A DNA stretch of 63,038 nt, counting the filler, from Conidiobolus incongruus B7586 (Eukaryota): the NCBI GenBank assembly GCA_000697335.1. It is 22 parts of 22 records of this genome, joined end to end, with 100 filler letters (N's around TTAATTAATTAA, not from the genome) between each part and the next. Parts side by side here need not be neighbours in the genome. Positions count along the whole stretch, not along the records: positions 1 to 1,244 come from JNEM01004491.1; positions 1,345 to 2,856 come from JNEM01004495.1; positions 2,957 to 4,378 come from JNEM01004496.1; positions 4,479 to 6,213 come from JNEM01004498.1; positions 6,314 to 14,722 come from JNEM01004500.1; 17 more parts are not named here. One strand, written 5' to 3'. Positions within the stretch are counted from its first letter, which is position 1, and the number at the start of each line of letters is the position of its first letter. The translations under genes were made by a program, and so were the position numbers. Positions 1 through 14,822 of this stretch are shown here, piece by piece. The notes under the pieces were generated by a model. That model had not been told where the DNA came from. It saw only the letters and a program-made list of their open reading frames with translations, and did no database searches.

Positions 1-1244
1 TAATAGAATATAGGTTTTATATTAGAAATAATATAAAAGATAAAAAATAATAAGAATTAAAAGAAAAAAAATTAATCTATTTGATAATTTAATATTATTT
101 ATATAATTAATTTAGTTATAAAAATATAAATTAATTATATAATTTATAATTAATTAAATTATTAAAGAAATATATATAAGAATTTAAAAAACTAGTTTTT
201 TAACATTCCCCTAGTAAGTTTTTAAAAAAAGACATACTCTTTCAATTTCTATAAATTGATATAATAAGTTAAAATATTCTTAATATTTTTTAGTGGTTTT
301 TATATAGCTTTTTTAATAAGATAACCTATCTATTTTATATAAAAATAAAGCCTATTTCTAATAGATTTAAATTTAATTATATAATCAATTTAGTATTCTT
401 TTTCTTCATTTTAATTAATAATTAAATCTAGTTTTAAAGCTTTTAATTAATTAGCAAAAATATTAAAATCTTTAAAATAAGGTTTGATTCTAAATATATA
501 AAAAGTCAAATTAATCCTTAAAGCTAAAGATAATTTTAAGATAATATTTTCAAAATTTGAATTAATAAACTAAATTTTATAAAGATTATAATATAATATT
601 AAGTATTTTGGATTTAAGTCAAATTTAAGTTAGATAAGATTAAGAATAAATTGTTTTAAATATATAAATATACCAGTTTTATATTTTAATGGATTTTTAA
701 ATAATTTTAAATATTATTGTTTTATAATCTTTTAATTTTCTTCTAAGTTAAATTTAATAAAAAAATTGATATATTTAATATTAGATTAAAATTCAATAAT
801 AATTAAAGATAAATTAATTTAAAGTTTTAAGGCAATTATTAAATTAAGATATTTATTATAATTAATAAAATAAAAGCTAAAACTTATTAATTTGTCAATA
901 AATTATTAAATGAATATTAAAGTAAATAGATTTAATTATTTTAATTTAATTAATTAAAGTTAATATAAGCTTTAATTATATACTTCAAGGTTTTAATAAT
1001 TCCTTTGACAAGTATATTGGTTTAATAATAATTAATAATAGATATAGCTAAATTAATTTTTAAAGGAAAAAAATAATAACTTATAAAATTAAAAGTTGAA
1101 TTATATATTTCTGTTAATTATAATAGTTTGTGGAATTTAATAATAAGTAAAGATATTAAAGAATAATAATTATATAATATCTTTAACTATAGAAATTTTA
1201 AAATAGAAAATAAAATAAATATATTTAAAAAATAAATTAATTAT
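1..1244 (-). mobile_element. 3' part of a degenerate Ty3/gypsy LTR retrotransposon (family G1): partial 3' LTR (1-205), polypurine tract (~206-212) and integrase region
   Basis: Reverse complement aligns by eye with 21.5-22.8 kb of the full-length G1 copy. 'ttttttaaca-ttcccc' at 196-211 is the reverse complement of PPT + LTR start TGTTAA. Confidence 0.85.
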
Positions 1245-1344
1245 NNNNNNNNNNNNNNNNNNNNNNNNNNNNNNNNNNNNNNNNNNNNTTAATTAATTAA
1301 NNNNNNNNNNNNNNNNNNNNNNNNNNNNNNNNNNNNNNNNNNNN
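1245..1344. other. Artificial contig spacer N44-TTAATTAATTAA-N44 (first of 21; others start at 2857, 4379, 6214, 14723, 15889, 17134, 24241, 31904, 35612, 36998, 39075, 40279, 42136, 43668, 45033, 50244, 51821, 55522, 59122, 61880)
   Basis: Identical 100-nt block each time. TTAATTAATTAA puts a stop codon in all six frames. Confidence 0.97.
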
Positions 1345-1385
1345 TATAATTTAAAATATATAATTTTTTATTTATATTATATATA

Positions 1386-2856
1386 TACTAGCTTGAAAAA
1401 ATAAGTTATAAAATTAAAATTACTTATATATTTACATATAGCTTAAACAATTCTTAAATAAATAAATTTCAATTAAAATATATAATTTACCTATATTAGT
1501 TAATTATAACTAAATATATTTGATCAAATTTTATTAACTATTGGTTAATATATCAAAACTTAATATTTAATCAAGATGAGTTATAAATTTGTAGGTTTAT
1601 ATATTAAAGGGGTATAAATAACAAAACTTATATATATTTTCTTTTTCTTTTGTTATATTATATATATTATAAAATTAATAAACTAATATTATAAAATTAA
1701 TATTATAATATTTAAATCTCTCTTTAAAAAAATTCACTTATATATTAATCAACTTTATAATAAAAATAAATTAACTTATAAGATTATTAGAATTACTAAT
1801 ATTAGTTAATCACTATAGTTAAGGTTATTAAGAATAATATTAAAGAAATATTTAAACTAAAACTTATATATATTAAGATTATAGATAAATATGATAAAAA
1901 ATATATTTATAAATTAGTTAGTATAGATAAGTATAGTATTATTATAAAAGTGAAATAAGAGTGATAAAACTATATAAGAATATTAGTTAATATTAATATT
2001 ATTATATATATTTTAAGTTAGAATAGATATTACTCATATTTTAAAAAAAAACACCCTTAACTAAAAAAGTCCTATTATAAAGTTAAACAAGAGTTTTAAT
2101 GCCAATACTAAAGTTAAACAGAAATTAACTAGAGTAAAGTTATTTAATCTAATAAAACAAAGATATATCTTAATAAATCAAATAGAAAAGCTAGATATTT
2201 CAAAAAAGATAAAGAATTACTTTATAACTATTATGTTATTATAATCTAAAAATATAATAATGGGTTAATTATAATTTAAGGATATATATTATCTTTAAGT
2301 ATAAGGTATCTTTATAAGGTTAATAGGGGAATTAATGCTAAGATATATTAAAATATTTTAAATAATAAATTGAAAAAAATTATCAAGTGAAATAGGTTAA
2401 ATAATTTAAATATTATTTTCCAACAAGATAATATCCTTTGCTATATTATATATTCTATTATTAAATAGCTTAAAATTAATAAAATAACTATTATGAAATA
2501 ATATCTTTAATCTCTTAATCTTAACCTAATTGAATATCTTTAGGATCAATTAAAAAAATTAATTAAAGCTTTCCCTTTAGCAAAAAATTTAAATTAATTT
2601 TAAAACTATATTCAAAAAGCTAAAAATAATATTAGTCTTACCTAATATAAAAAACTAGTTGACTTTATACCCTATAAACTTAATGAAATTAAAAAAGCAA
2701 AAGATAGATATATTAGATATTAATTTTTCTATCAATATTAAAACTTGCAAATTTATAACTTATCTTAAGAATACTTTTACCTTTAATATATCAATTAATA
2801 ATTAATTAAATTTAACTTTATATATTATATTATAATTAAAAAATATATATTAATTA
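1386..2856 (+). mobile_element. Tc1-like DD34E DNA transposon, family A, copy A1 (degenerate, right end cut by spacer)
   Basis: Left TIR relic 'tactagcttgaaaaaataagttataaaat'. TTCCAACAAGATAAT (F-Q-Q-D-N) at ~2418-2432 and a 'CTAATTGAATATCTT' (xIE) relic at ~2526. Colinear with 40663-42135. Confidence 0.9.
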
Positions 2857-2956
2857 NNNNNNNNNNNNNNNNNNNNNNNNNNNNNNNNNNNNNNNNNNNN
2901 TTAATTAATTAANNNNNNNNNNNNNNNNNNNNNNNNNNNNNNNNNNNNNNNNNNNN

Positions 2957-4104
2957 TAGTTAGTTTATTATAGCTAAAGCTATTAAAAATTATAATAAGG
3001 ATATATTTAAACTTAAACTTAGGTGTGTTAAGATTATGGATGAATATAATAAAAGTTATATTTATAAGTTGGTTAATATAAGTAAATATAATACTATTAT
3101 AGAAATATAGAAAGAATTATAAGACTATATAAGAATATTAGTTTATACTAATAATATTATATATATTCTATATTATAATAGATACTATTTGTATTTTAAG
3201 AAAAAACACCCTTAATTAAAAAAGTCTTATTAATAAATTAAATAGGAGTTTAAATATTACCACTAAAGTTAAACTAAAACTAATTAAAGTAAGATTATTT
3301 AGTTTAATAAAACAAAAATATATCTTAGTAAATCTAATAAAAAAACTAAATATTTTAAAAAAGACAAAGAACTACTTTGTAACCATTATGTTATTTTAAC
3401 TTAAAAATATAATGATAAATTAATTATAGTTTAGGGATATATATTATCTTTTAGTATAAAGTATATTTATAAAGTTGATAAAGGAATTAATATTAAGATA
3501 TATTATAATACTTTAAATAATAAATTAAAAAAAAATTGAATAATACAGATTAAATAAATCAGATGTTATTTTCTAATAAGATAATACCCCTTATTATATT
3601 ATTATTTCTATTACCAAATAGTTTAAAAATAATAAAATAATAATTATAAAGTAGCTTTTTTAATTTTTTAACTTTAATCTAATTAAACACCTTTAGGATT
3701 AGTTAAGCAAAATAGTTAAAGCTTTCCTATTAATAAAAAATTTAAATGAGCTTTAGGAATATATTTAAAAAGCTTAAAGCAAAATTAATTTTTCTTAATA
3801 TAAAAAGTTAGTTGATTTTATTCCCTATAAACTTAAGTAAGTTAAGAAATTAAAAGGTAGATATACTAAGTTTTAATTTTTTTTCTATAACTAAAACCTT
3901 AAAATTTATAACTTATCTTAAATAAAACTTAAAATTTAATTTATCAACTAAAAGTGAATATAATTAAATCAAATATACTTAATTAAAAATAAATAATATA
4001 AGTTAATTATTTGTGTTAATTTAAATTAATTTGATTCAGAATTAATAGTTATTGATAATAATATATATAATTATAATTGTATGATTTATTTTTGTGGGCT
4101 AGTA
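2957..4104 (+). mobile_element. Tc1-like family A copy A2 (5' truncated by spacer, right TIR present)
   Basis: Colinear with other A copies. Ends 'atgatttatttttgtgggctagta|ta', the reverse complement of the TIR followed by TA. Confidence 0.88.
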
Positions 4105-4106
4105 TA

Positions 4107-4378
4107 ATATTAATAGTGATATTTAAATTCTTATTTAATTTTATAATAATATTCTTTTAATTAAAGGTGTTTTTTCTTAAGTTATAAGTGATATCTATGT
4201 TAATATAATATATATATAATAGTTTTAATACTAATTAATATTTTTATTTAATTTTATAATTCCTGTTATATTTTTATAAAAGTATTATATTTACTTATAT
4301 TAACTAACCTACAAATATATTTTTTCTTTATTTAATTAGATTTTTAATATATTTAATTTAAGTTTAAATATATGTTTA
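4107..4378 (-). mobile_element. Tc1-like family A internal fragment (A3), apparent target of A2 insertion
   Basis: 'ttaaaggtgttttttcttaagt' and flanks match 38020-38290 of copy A5 in the same (minus) orientation. Confidence 0.75.
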
Positions 4379-4478
4379 NNNNNNNNNNNNNNNNNNNNNN
4401 NNNNNNNNNNNNNNNNNNNNNNTTAATTAATTAANNNNNNNNNNNNNNNNNNNNNNNNNNNNNNNNNNNNNNNNNNNN

Positions 4479-6213
4479 AAATTATATTCAATTAATATTA
4501 TAGTATATTAGCACTATCTATTATAAATTTTAATATATTAGTGATTTAATTTAATTTAAACTTTAATTAAAATTTATTTATATTTATATATTATACTTTA
4601 TATTACCTTATTATATTTTATATCATGTTATTTTGATATTAATCTTTTTTATCTTTTATATTAGTATGGAAATTAAGAAATGATATATTTTTTAATTTCT
4701 GACCTTTTAAATATATTATATATTTTGAAAGATTATATATATATAAAATACATAGGAAAATAAATATTTTCAAACTAGATATATATTTTTAACTTTAATT
4801 ATTTTTTTATTAAAATATTTTGATTTTAAAATTTATATTAAATTTAATTTTCTTTAAACTAGTTTATAATTATCAAAAAGCTTTTAATTTTGTATCTTTA
4901 AAACTTAACTATAAACTCTCTAAAATCATCTAAAACTTGTAAATAGCTTATAAAAATGGTGATTTATCTAAAATTACTATATATCACAAGATTTATGATC
5001 TTAAGGCTAGAAAAAATATTATTCAAAATTTACCAAAATTTAAAAAATTAATTTCTATTGTTACTCTTTTATTTACTAATAAAGTAAAAAATTATATTAA
5101 AAAATATCTTTTTATTTTTGTTAGAGAATTATTAAAGGAATTTAATATTAATTATATAAGTATGTTATATTTATTTAAGTTTAAACTTAAATTAATTAAT
5201 AAAATATAAAATAGATACTTTATAATTTAACAAAAACCTAAAAGAAAACTAGAGTAGCTATAGCTAAACTAAACTAAACTTATTAAAATATAACTAAAAA
5301 CAAAGGTTTTTATAGCAAATAATTATCATTAAAAAATCTCAAATATTTTTATATAATCTTTTATTTAAAAATAAAACAAGATGTTAAATTAAGCTAAATT
5401 AATCCTTTTCATAAATTCTAATAAATAAGTATTTTAAATATAAATGAATATTAATTATTATAATAGATTATAATGATATATAGTTTTTTTATTTAATATC
5501 TCAAGGAAAATCAATTAATAGTAAATTATATATTATTTTTTTAAATAAAATAATTTTTAAATGGTGTTTTTAATATAAATCGAAAATACCTATTATTTTA
5601 TATAATAATTGTAAAATATATAAAACTAAAGCTATAAAAGATTTTTTATACAAAAAAATAAAAGGAGTTATTATATCAAATATATTCACTTAATTATAAC
5701 CCATATAATTGTAATTGTTTTAAATAATTAAAAAATAGCTTATAGGAAAAAAATTCTTGCAAATAAATTAAATTGGTTTGTAAAATATTAAATTTCAGTT
5801 TTTAATAAAAAGAATTATTGTTTAAATATTAGAAAATTACTAAAGATATCAAAAAAGCTATTAATAATAAAAGAGGCTATTAATTTTATATTATTCAATA
5901 ATTTTTATATATTATTTATTAATTTATTTATTTAATCTTGATTTTGAAATTATATTATTATTTAATTTCTATATTCATATTAATTTAACTAATATTATTT
6001 TTATATAGTAGTAATAATAGAACTATTAAAATTCTATTAAAAATCAATAAATACTTGTGTTAACTTTGTTTATTATTATTTTAAACTTTATTTATAACTT
6101 ATTTTATTCAAATTTAATACTATATATTATAATATTACTAAATAAATATTTTTATATTATGATAATAATAATAAGAACTTAATTATTAAGTTAATTTAAA
6201 ATTTCAATTTTTA
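4479..6213 (+). mobile_element. G1-family 5' LTR end / PBS / leader fragment (4479-~4666 and ~5991-6213) interrupted by mariner B1
   Basis: 4479-4666 matches G1 LTR 17555-17737. 5991-6213 continues with LTR end and 'tagtagtaataatagaac' matching 17750-17960. Confidence 0.72.
4667..5990 (+). mobile_element. Mariner DD34D DNA transposon, family B, copy B1 (~1.3 kb, degenerate)
   Basis: AAATAGATACTTTATAATTTAACA (K*ILYNLT, relic of KWVPHNLT) at ~5209-5232. 'TATAATAATTGTAAAATATAT' (xDNCKIH relic) at ~5601 and 'AACCCATATAAT' (NPCD relic) at ~5698. Boundaries inferred from the interrupted LTR. Confidence 0.78.
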
Positions 6214-9200
6214 NNNNNNNNNNNNNNNNNNNNNNNNNNNNNNNNNNNNNNNNNNNNTTAATTAATTAANNNNNNNNNNNNNNNNNNNNNNNNNNNNNNN
6301 NNNNNNNNNNNNNTGAAATTGAATTTGATAGAAATATATAACTTCTGTATTGAATTTAAATAAATCATAAATTTATTTTAAAATCATTTTATTTGATATT
6401 AAAATACTATGAATCAAAATCAAATCGAATGATATTATAATTATTGTTGATATTTAATAGGAAAAAAATGATATATGTTTTATATATTAACAACCTTAAT
6501 ATACTTCTTTTTTTTGAGTACTTATTAACATTGATTAATTATGTTAATAATTATTACAATTTTTTATTAATAATAATGCAAATTTAGTTTCAATCTTATG
6601 AATTAATGAATTTTATTAATTATTTCTTATATAAAATACTATAATATAATGTATTTTTAATTTGAACATTTTAATTCAGCAAAATAGTAATTAATTTTAA
6701 TTAAATCAATATTTTATATTACCATTAAATAGAAAATATGATTTTTAAAATTCAAATAAAGAATTTCATTTACTTTAAATATATCAAAGTTAATAAAAAT
6801 TACTTAAAATTTGTTAATTGGTTTTAATAACATTAATAATAATCTAACAAAATAAATTATTTAAGTTTACACAAGAAATAAATTTTCTTAATCTAAATAA
6901 TAAATAATAATAAATAATATCCAAGATCAGAATTTTTTGTATAAGAAAATAGATTTGAATATTATTTATAAATAAATAATAAATAGAATGAAAATTAATT
7001 TTAATCATATTAATTATTAAGAAAATTATATATATAGATAATAATATAATATTTAAACAATATTTTAAATAAATTAAATATTGGTCATATTTGTAATTTA
7101 TGAGAATTTATAAATTTTTAAGTTTAATTTTAATAATAATTTGAATAAAAATATATTTATATAATTGATGTCATTGAATGAAATATTCAATTTATATATA
7201 TTTTTAATATTTAATCATTATATTTCAAAAATTTTATATTTATTTAATCAGGATAATAATATATAAATATCGTGTATATAAATTAATATAGTAGACTGAA
7301 CATAAAATCAATATTCTTAATCTATTTTATGGAAATCATTGCTAATTATATTTTTTGAATTTTAAAATTTATATATAATTTGAATTGATTCGAATATATT
7401 TTTAATTAATATTAATAATCATTATTTTTGTTGAGTTAAGAATTATGAAATTAATATAGTAATTGTTGGAATTGATTTTATTTGACAATATATAACTTGA
7501 TATCAATGAAAAAACGTTAGTAATTAACAACTATTATATAAAAATTTTATTTTGTTCTTAATTAGAAAATGATTAAAATAATTTTAAAGAAATATTTATT
7601 GACTCATATTTATGATAAAAAAATATAAAATATTTAGGTAATAATAAATTTTTTGAAATTAACATCGAATATAAAAAATTCTATGATAGCGTTTATATTT
7701 TTAAAAATAAATAATATTTCAAATTTAAATTCAAAAGTGAAAAAAATATATCATTTATAGAAATTTGGTTCAATTATTTTATTTAATTTTATTCTACGTT
7801 CTAGAAATTAATAAATAATTTTCCAAAATTTTATTCTAAATTTCTCTAACTATTAAAATCACAATATAATTATTACAAAATAAATAGTATTAATAATAAC
7901 CAATATTTATTATATATAAACTATGATCTACAAATATTTTAATTCATATTCAATATTAATTTGCACCAGATATTTGAGGATAGGTGCAATGAACTATTTT
8001 GTTATAAATTGCTATTATTAGACAATTTTTAATATAATATATAAAATATATTTTGTTTTTTAGTTTATAAAAACAATTATTTGATATTTTCAAACTATAT
8101 TTAGTAATTTAAATTTAAAATCAACTAATAAAGTAGCAAAATTTAATATCAAAATAATTTTAATATTGAATATCATTTTCAATAATAATTAAGTAGGTTA
8201 ATTTATTTAATCATTATTTGTTTACCAATGATTTATTTTAGGACTATAAAATATGTAGGGTTAAAATATTAAATTAATGAAAAATAATTTAAAAGATATA
8301 ATAATTCATTATAAATTAATATTTGTTTTTATATAAAATAGTGAAGATAATAAAATGGATAAATATTTATATATTGTTAATATATATCATTTATTATATA
8401 TGGTATTTTTAATAGTTGATTTAATGATATATTTCAAAAAAATATTAATTGAGATAATTTTATTATAAAATTGATAATAAATTCAATTTATCAATTATCA
8501 TTATTATAAAAAATCAATTAATAAAAATTTAATAAAAAAATAAAAATATCAAAATGATATGCAATTTGGTCAAAAAATATTTTAAGACAAATATAAATAT
8601 AAACATAATTTGCTATTTAATACTTCCTATCAAATTTTACCATTTCACCCTTGGTTAATATTATTATAATATAAGGAAATTGTATATTTATTTATATAGT
8701 ATTTAAGTGATAATAATCAATGATAAAGTAGAATTATAAATACATAATTTTATTGGCAATTTTATTCAAGTTCAATTATTTTTAATTAAAATTTGTAATA
8801 ATGATCTATATTACAGATTTTACATTTCATATGAATTACATTAAATTTATTTAAAATATTAATAATAAATATAAAGTAGAATAAAATTGAGATAAAATAA
8901 ATTAAATAATGTATATTTTAAGTGAAAATTGATTCATTGATAATATTCAATAACTTAATTGAAAATAAAATATTTTTTAACATTATTAGATTACTATATC
9001 AATTGAAAAAATTTACAAAAATGGAAATTGAATATTGATTAAAATATAACAATGCAAGGAGTATTTAAATCGAAAAGAATTAAATTAAAATATTTTGATT
9101 TATATTGTATTAATATAATTATTATATATCCAATGATCTCTTTATTTCCAACTTCTTTATATATTTTATTTCATTTTATATATATATATATATATAAAAT

Positions 9201-12200
9201 ACAATTTTTTCTATTAATTATATGTCAAAATTAAATTTTTTTGCTTTGTGTAACTTAAATAAAAATGATAAAAATATATATTTGATTGTTTAATTAGTAA
9301 TATATATATAAAGCGTAATAATAATATTTTGTATATTCAGATATATTCAAATTACAAATTAATAAAAATTATTAAAGTTGAATTATTTCAAAGTATTATT
9401 ATATTAAATATCAAATTTGAATAATCAAACTAACCAATAGTTTTGTTGATTTAAATTTCTGTATTTCGAATAATATAAATTTTTTAATAAATTATATTAA
9501 TTATTTTAAAAAATAAAAAAACAAAGATTATTAATTTCAATAAAATATTAAATTTTCTATGTTTACACTTAATTTCATAATTTTATCATCATAGTCCATT
9601 AACTAATTATATATCCAAAGTATAATATCTATACTTATTAAAACTACACTTTTTTATATTAATCTTTAAATTTTGAAATTCGTAAAAATTTTTAAATTTC
9701 CAATGAAATTATAGTTTCAATATTAAAAATTTCTTTTATATTATTTTTCAATTGATTTTGTTAATATTTAAAATGATAATTGGTTTTCAAAATTAATGAA
9801 TCATGAAAATAATATTGATGTTATTTAGTAATATATATTTTCAAGTCATTATATCTATATTAAATATCCCTTAAATACATTTTATATTAATGGTTATTCA
9901 GTCAAAAATTTGTTAATATTATATCGTAAAATACGGATGTATAATATTATTATTATTATCTAAATATATATAAATTTTCAATTTTAATTAAACAAAAATA
10001 TTTCTAAAAAATAAATATATTATTAAAATAATAAAATATTGAAATAATGTTATTTTTAGTTACAAAATAGTTTTGTTAAATTGAATATAATATATTAATA
10101 AAAACAATGATGATACTAAAAACTTGATATTTTATTTTTATTAATATTTTTATAATAATCAAATTAAGTATTCAACAATTATATATCATTGCAATTCAAA
10201 ATATAACAAAAATCTTTATACATAAACTAAAAATATTTTAAACTATAATATATTTAGTAAATTATTATTTTCGAAAATTTTGAATCCAAAAAATAATTGT
10301 ATAAGATTTAATTTATATATGATTTTTTTCCAAGATATTATAGATAAATCATTTCCTATAATTAAAACAGTCCAAAAATTGAATATAATAATGTCACTTA
10401 ACAATTATAATTTTAAATAATTTATTACTAATAGATTATTATATTTATTATTAAATCCAAAATCCTTTGATGATTTTTCTGATTTCAACTTTTTAAAATT
10501 TAGTATAATTATTGATCAGTAGATAATTTATTATTCTAATTTTTTTATACAGATAAAAAACAATGATTCAAATTAAATATTTCTACAATCATTAGAAATT
10601 CTTATTTTTAAGCAGAAAAATCATGAAAAATGATTTTATTTATAAGAAAATATATCTATAATTTAAATAATTATTAATATTTTATATTACATCAATTAAT
10701 TCTTTAATGAAAATATTTTAATTTTAAATTAAACAATTCGACTTAGAGGAAAAAAATGATTGTATAATATTATGACTAGAGTAAATCAATTATTGGTTCA
10801 AATATATTTCATATTCTTAATATTTCGATATCAATTTCTTCAATATAAATTATTAATATGTTAGAACAATGTGTTATAAATTTAAATATCTTTACTTTTG
10901 TAAAAGCTATACAAATTCTTCTTTATTGTCTTTATCAAATAATATCAAATATAATAGAATAAATCATTTTATATTAATTTATATTATTTAATCCGAAAAA
11001 AATAACATATAGATTTTAATATATATAAAAATATTTATTTCATAACAATTTTTAATTTAATTATATTACATTTAATATTGAATATTTCTATCAAATAATT
11101 TTTTTCAATTAAATAATTTTCTGTCAAAATAATAAATATTACTTAAAAACTCTTTTAATTTTGTAATATTTAATATAAATGTTATTAAAATTTAATATTG
11201 ACTTTACATTTTTAATATTAAAAATCATTAAAATAAATATGATTTCTTAACTAAATATTTTTTATTTTATTTTAATATAATATATAATATTCTTATTGTT
11301 CAAATAATAATATACAGATTAAATAAAAATCAATATTTGATAATAAAATTCATCATATTTCAAAATAATTTTTATTAATATATTTTTTATTTATTTATCT
11401 CGAACATCTTTTAAAGTTTTATATTGAATTTGAATATAGTTATCAACAAATTATGTTATAATTCAATAGTTTGAAATCGATTATTGGAAAACAATACATC
11501 CATTTTAAAAAATAAACTTATGATATGAAACCAATATTTTTGATATAATAAATAAATAATTTTGATACTTGCATTTTATGAAGATTTGTTAAATATTTTT
11601 ATATTAAATCATTTAAAATATTATTTATATTTCAATTAATTATTACTAGGATTTATTGAACAAATGAATTATCATATCAATCAATAATTGTAAATTTATG
11701 AAGTTTTTATTATAATATATTATCATAGTTTGTCAAAATTAATAAAATATTTCATATTATTATGTTGAAATTATGATTAAATATTATTTGAATTTAAATT
11801 TGTTATTTTCAATTATAAAATAGTTGTTAAAAAATATTTTGAAAAAAAGTAGTTTAATTAAAATGAAATAAAACATATAAAAAATATTAGATATTAATTA
11901 ATATAAAGTAACTTAAATAATATCTTGAGATTGAAATAATTGAAATTATAATTGATAAATTATTTTAACCATCTTAGCAAGTATTAATTTATTATTAAAT
12001 TTGTATAAATTTTAATTATATTTATTCCAAACAAAATTAATATTTATTAATATTATACTAAATTTTTTAAAAAAGAATTAAGTTGGTTAAAAATAAAAAA
12101 CTATTAGATAATATCAATATTAATAAAAATATTTATTTAGAAAAAAAATTAACAAAAGAGTGATATAATATATATTTAGTTTATTTTGAGGTAATTATGA

Positions 12201-14822
12201 TATTATATTCCAATTTACACCAGAAATTATTATTTCAGAAAATTATAGACATATTAATAAATTGATTTATTATTTTTTCAATTTAATTTTAAGAATTATT
12301 TAATTATAGTCTAAATACATCTATTTATTAAATATATAAAAATAACTAATATTAAAATTAATTTAACTATATAATCTATAGTTAATTTAATTGTTTAAAA
12401 TTTCCATTATATTTATAAATCGTTATATTAAGAGAAATATTTTTTATATATTAATTTAAATTATTTTGAAAAAGAAATTTTTGAATTCTTTTTATTTCAT
12501 ATTTATACTTGTTTTATTGTAAAATTTTTCAACATATTAAAATTTATTTAATAAATTTTATCAAATTGATATGATTAATTTTTTAATTAAATATTCACTT
12601 GATGTAAATATTAATAATAATGATAAATTGAATATAATTGTAAATATTTATAATCATGTTGGAAAAATATTTTATAATAATATATTAAAATTTTAAAATA
12701 TTTAACATATTAAATTTGAATATAATTTTAAATTACTGCTTACTATATTTTGTATTTAGGTTTTAATAATTTTATTTTGTTCGATTTCAATATATTAACA
12801 AAAGGGTAGAATCATTATGATTATGTTGAATAATCGATTTTTAATATAAATATAAAGATATATTCTAGCAATTTTTCAAATTAATACTCAAGTAATATGG
12901 TTTTGAAAAATATATTTCAATCAAATTATAATTTAAATAATATATATTAAATTGATAATATTATCATAATTTATTTTTTATTATCTTTTAATATAACTTT
13001 TAATTAATTAAATTCAAATAAAATATTGGGTTTTATATTCAAAAATAATCAATATAAATAACATAAAATATTTAGATTACATGATCAATTACAACAATAT
13101 TAAAGTTTATATAAATTATATTGACCTTATTTAATTAAGATTTTAAAAAAATCAAGTTAATAAAATCATAATTCGAAATTAAATTTTATTTATATTGTGA
13201 AATTAAAAATAGGAATTAGTTATGTAACATGAAAATATAAATAAATATATATGATAAAATTTATAATTTTAATTATTTAAAACACTGGCCACAATTATAT
13301 ATATTTTTGAAATTCTATAATATTGAATTTTTTTGAAAAAATAAAAATTTAAAATATTTAATATTTAATTTTGTAAATAAATTTAAGAAATATTATTATA
13401 TATAGATTAATCTATGGAAACACAAATTAAGGGAGATTTTATATTTTTTACAAATTTTTTATAAATTTGAATTATATTATAAAATATTCAAAAAAATTTA
13501 GTAATTTTAATTTTATATATATAAAACATATAAAAATAACAATAAATAATTTATTATTATAATATTTATTTAAATTAATTTTAATTTAAATTATTGGATT
13601 ATATTATTGAATATTTAGATATAATTTATTTTTAATTATTATTGATATTTTATCATGTTACATTAGAAAAAGAATTTATTAAAATAGATTATTTATTTGA
13701 ATATTAGTTCTTAATTGATAATCTTTTGATTGCATGATTAAAAAATATTTAAGGTTCAAAAAATATAAAAATTATGGAAAAATAAATATATAACAATATA
13801 TTAATAAGTATTTTATTGATATCTGAAATACACCATATTTCCAATTTATTTATAATTTATAATGTTTATTATATAATTTTAATAATTAAATGAAAATTAA
13901 AATATAAAATTTAATAAAAAATTATATAACTTATATTATATTCAAATTCATTTAATATTTTATAAAAGAATGATTAAAATAAAAATATTATGATATAGGA
14001 ATAAAATTATATCATATCATAATATCACATAAATTTAAATAAATTAATTAAATAATCACATATTAATTAATTGATTTTATTATCTAATGTCAATATATTG
14101 GAAAGACATAATCTTACTAGTTACTTAAAAAACTCTTATTATCACCGTAAATCACGGAGTTATATCAGAAGTACCATCTTTCATATTTAAGTTAAACTTA
14201 TCACTTTTGTTATGGATACTTATAATTCCAAATATTTAATATTAAAATAATTAAAAAAAATCTTAAAATTAACCAAATTTACTTTTCTTTCAATTGATAT
14301 AATCAAAATTATCTAATCTTTAAGTTTTTGTAAAAATATCAATAAAAACCTTATGATAATTTTAAAATATTTATATTATTTAAAAAGCCTAATTCATAAT
14401 AAACCATTTTCACTTAATTTTATAACTCCCTTAATTTCCCTCAATTTTGTGTTAATTTATTATTTATCATTAGTAATTCTATACAAATGCTTCTAAAGTC
14501 TATTTCCCCTTATTATATCTATATTTATCAAAATTATATTCTTATAATACTAAATTTAAAAAAAGTCATATAAAAATTAAATAAAATTGAAAATTAAATA
14601 GAAAAAAAATAATTTCATAAAATTATTCAAGATATATATATTTGATAATATAATATATACTTTAAATAAATATAATTTATTTAAAAAAATTTTATAAATT
14701 AAAATATATGAAAAATTAGTCTNNNNNNNNNNNNNNNNNNNNNNNNNNNNNNNNNNNNNNNNNNNNTTAATTAATTAANNNNNNNNNNNNNNNNNNNNNN
14801 NNNNNNNNNNNNNNNNNNNNNN

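Noticed and set aside
9052..9234. 60-aa ORF (and 29390-29605)
   Set aside because: Low-complexity I/Y/F-rich products running through (AT)n microsatellites, with no coding signature.
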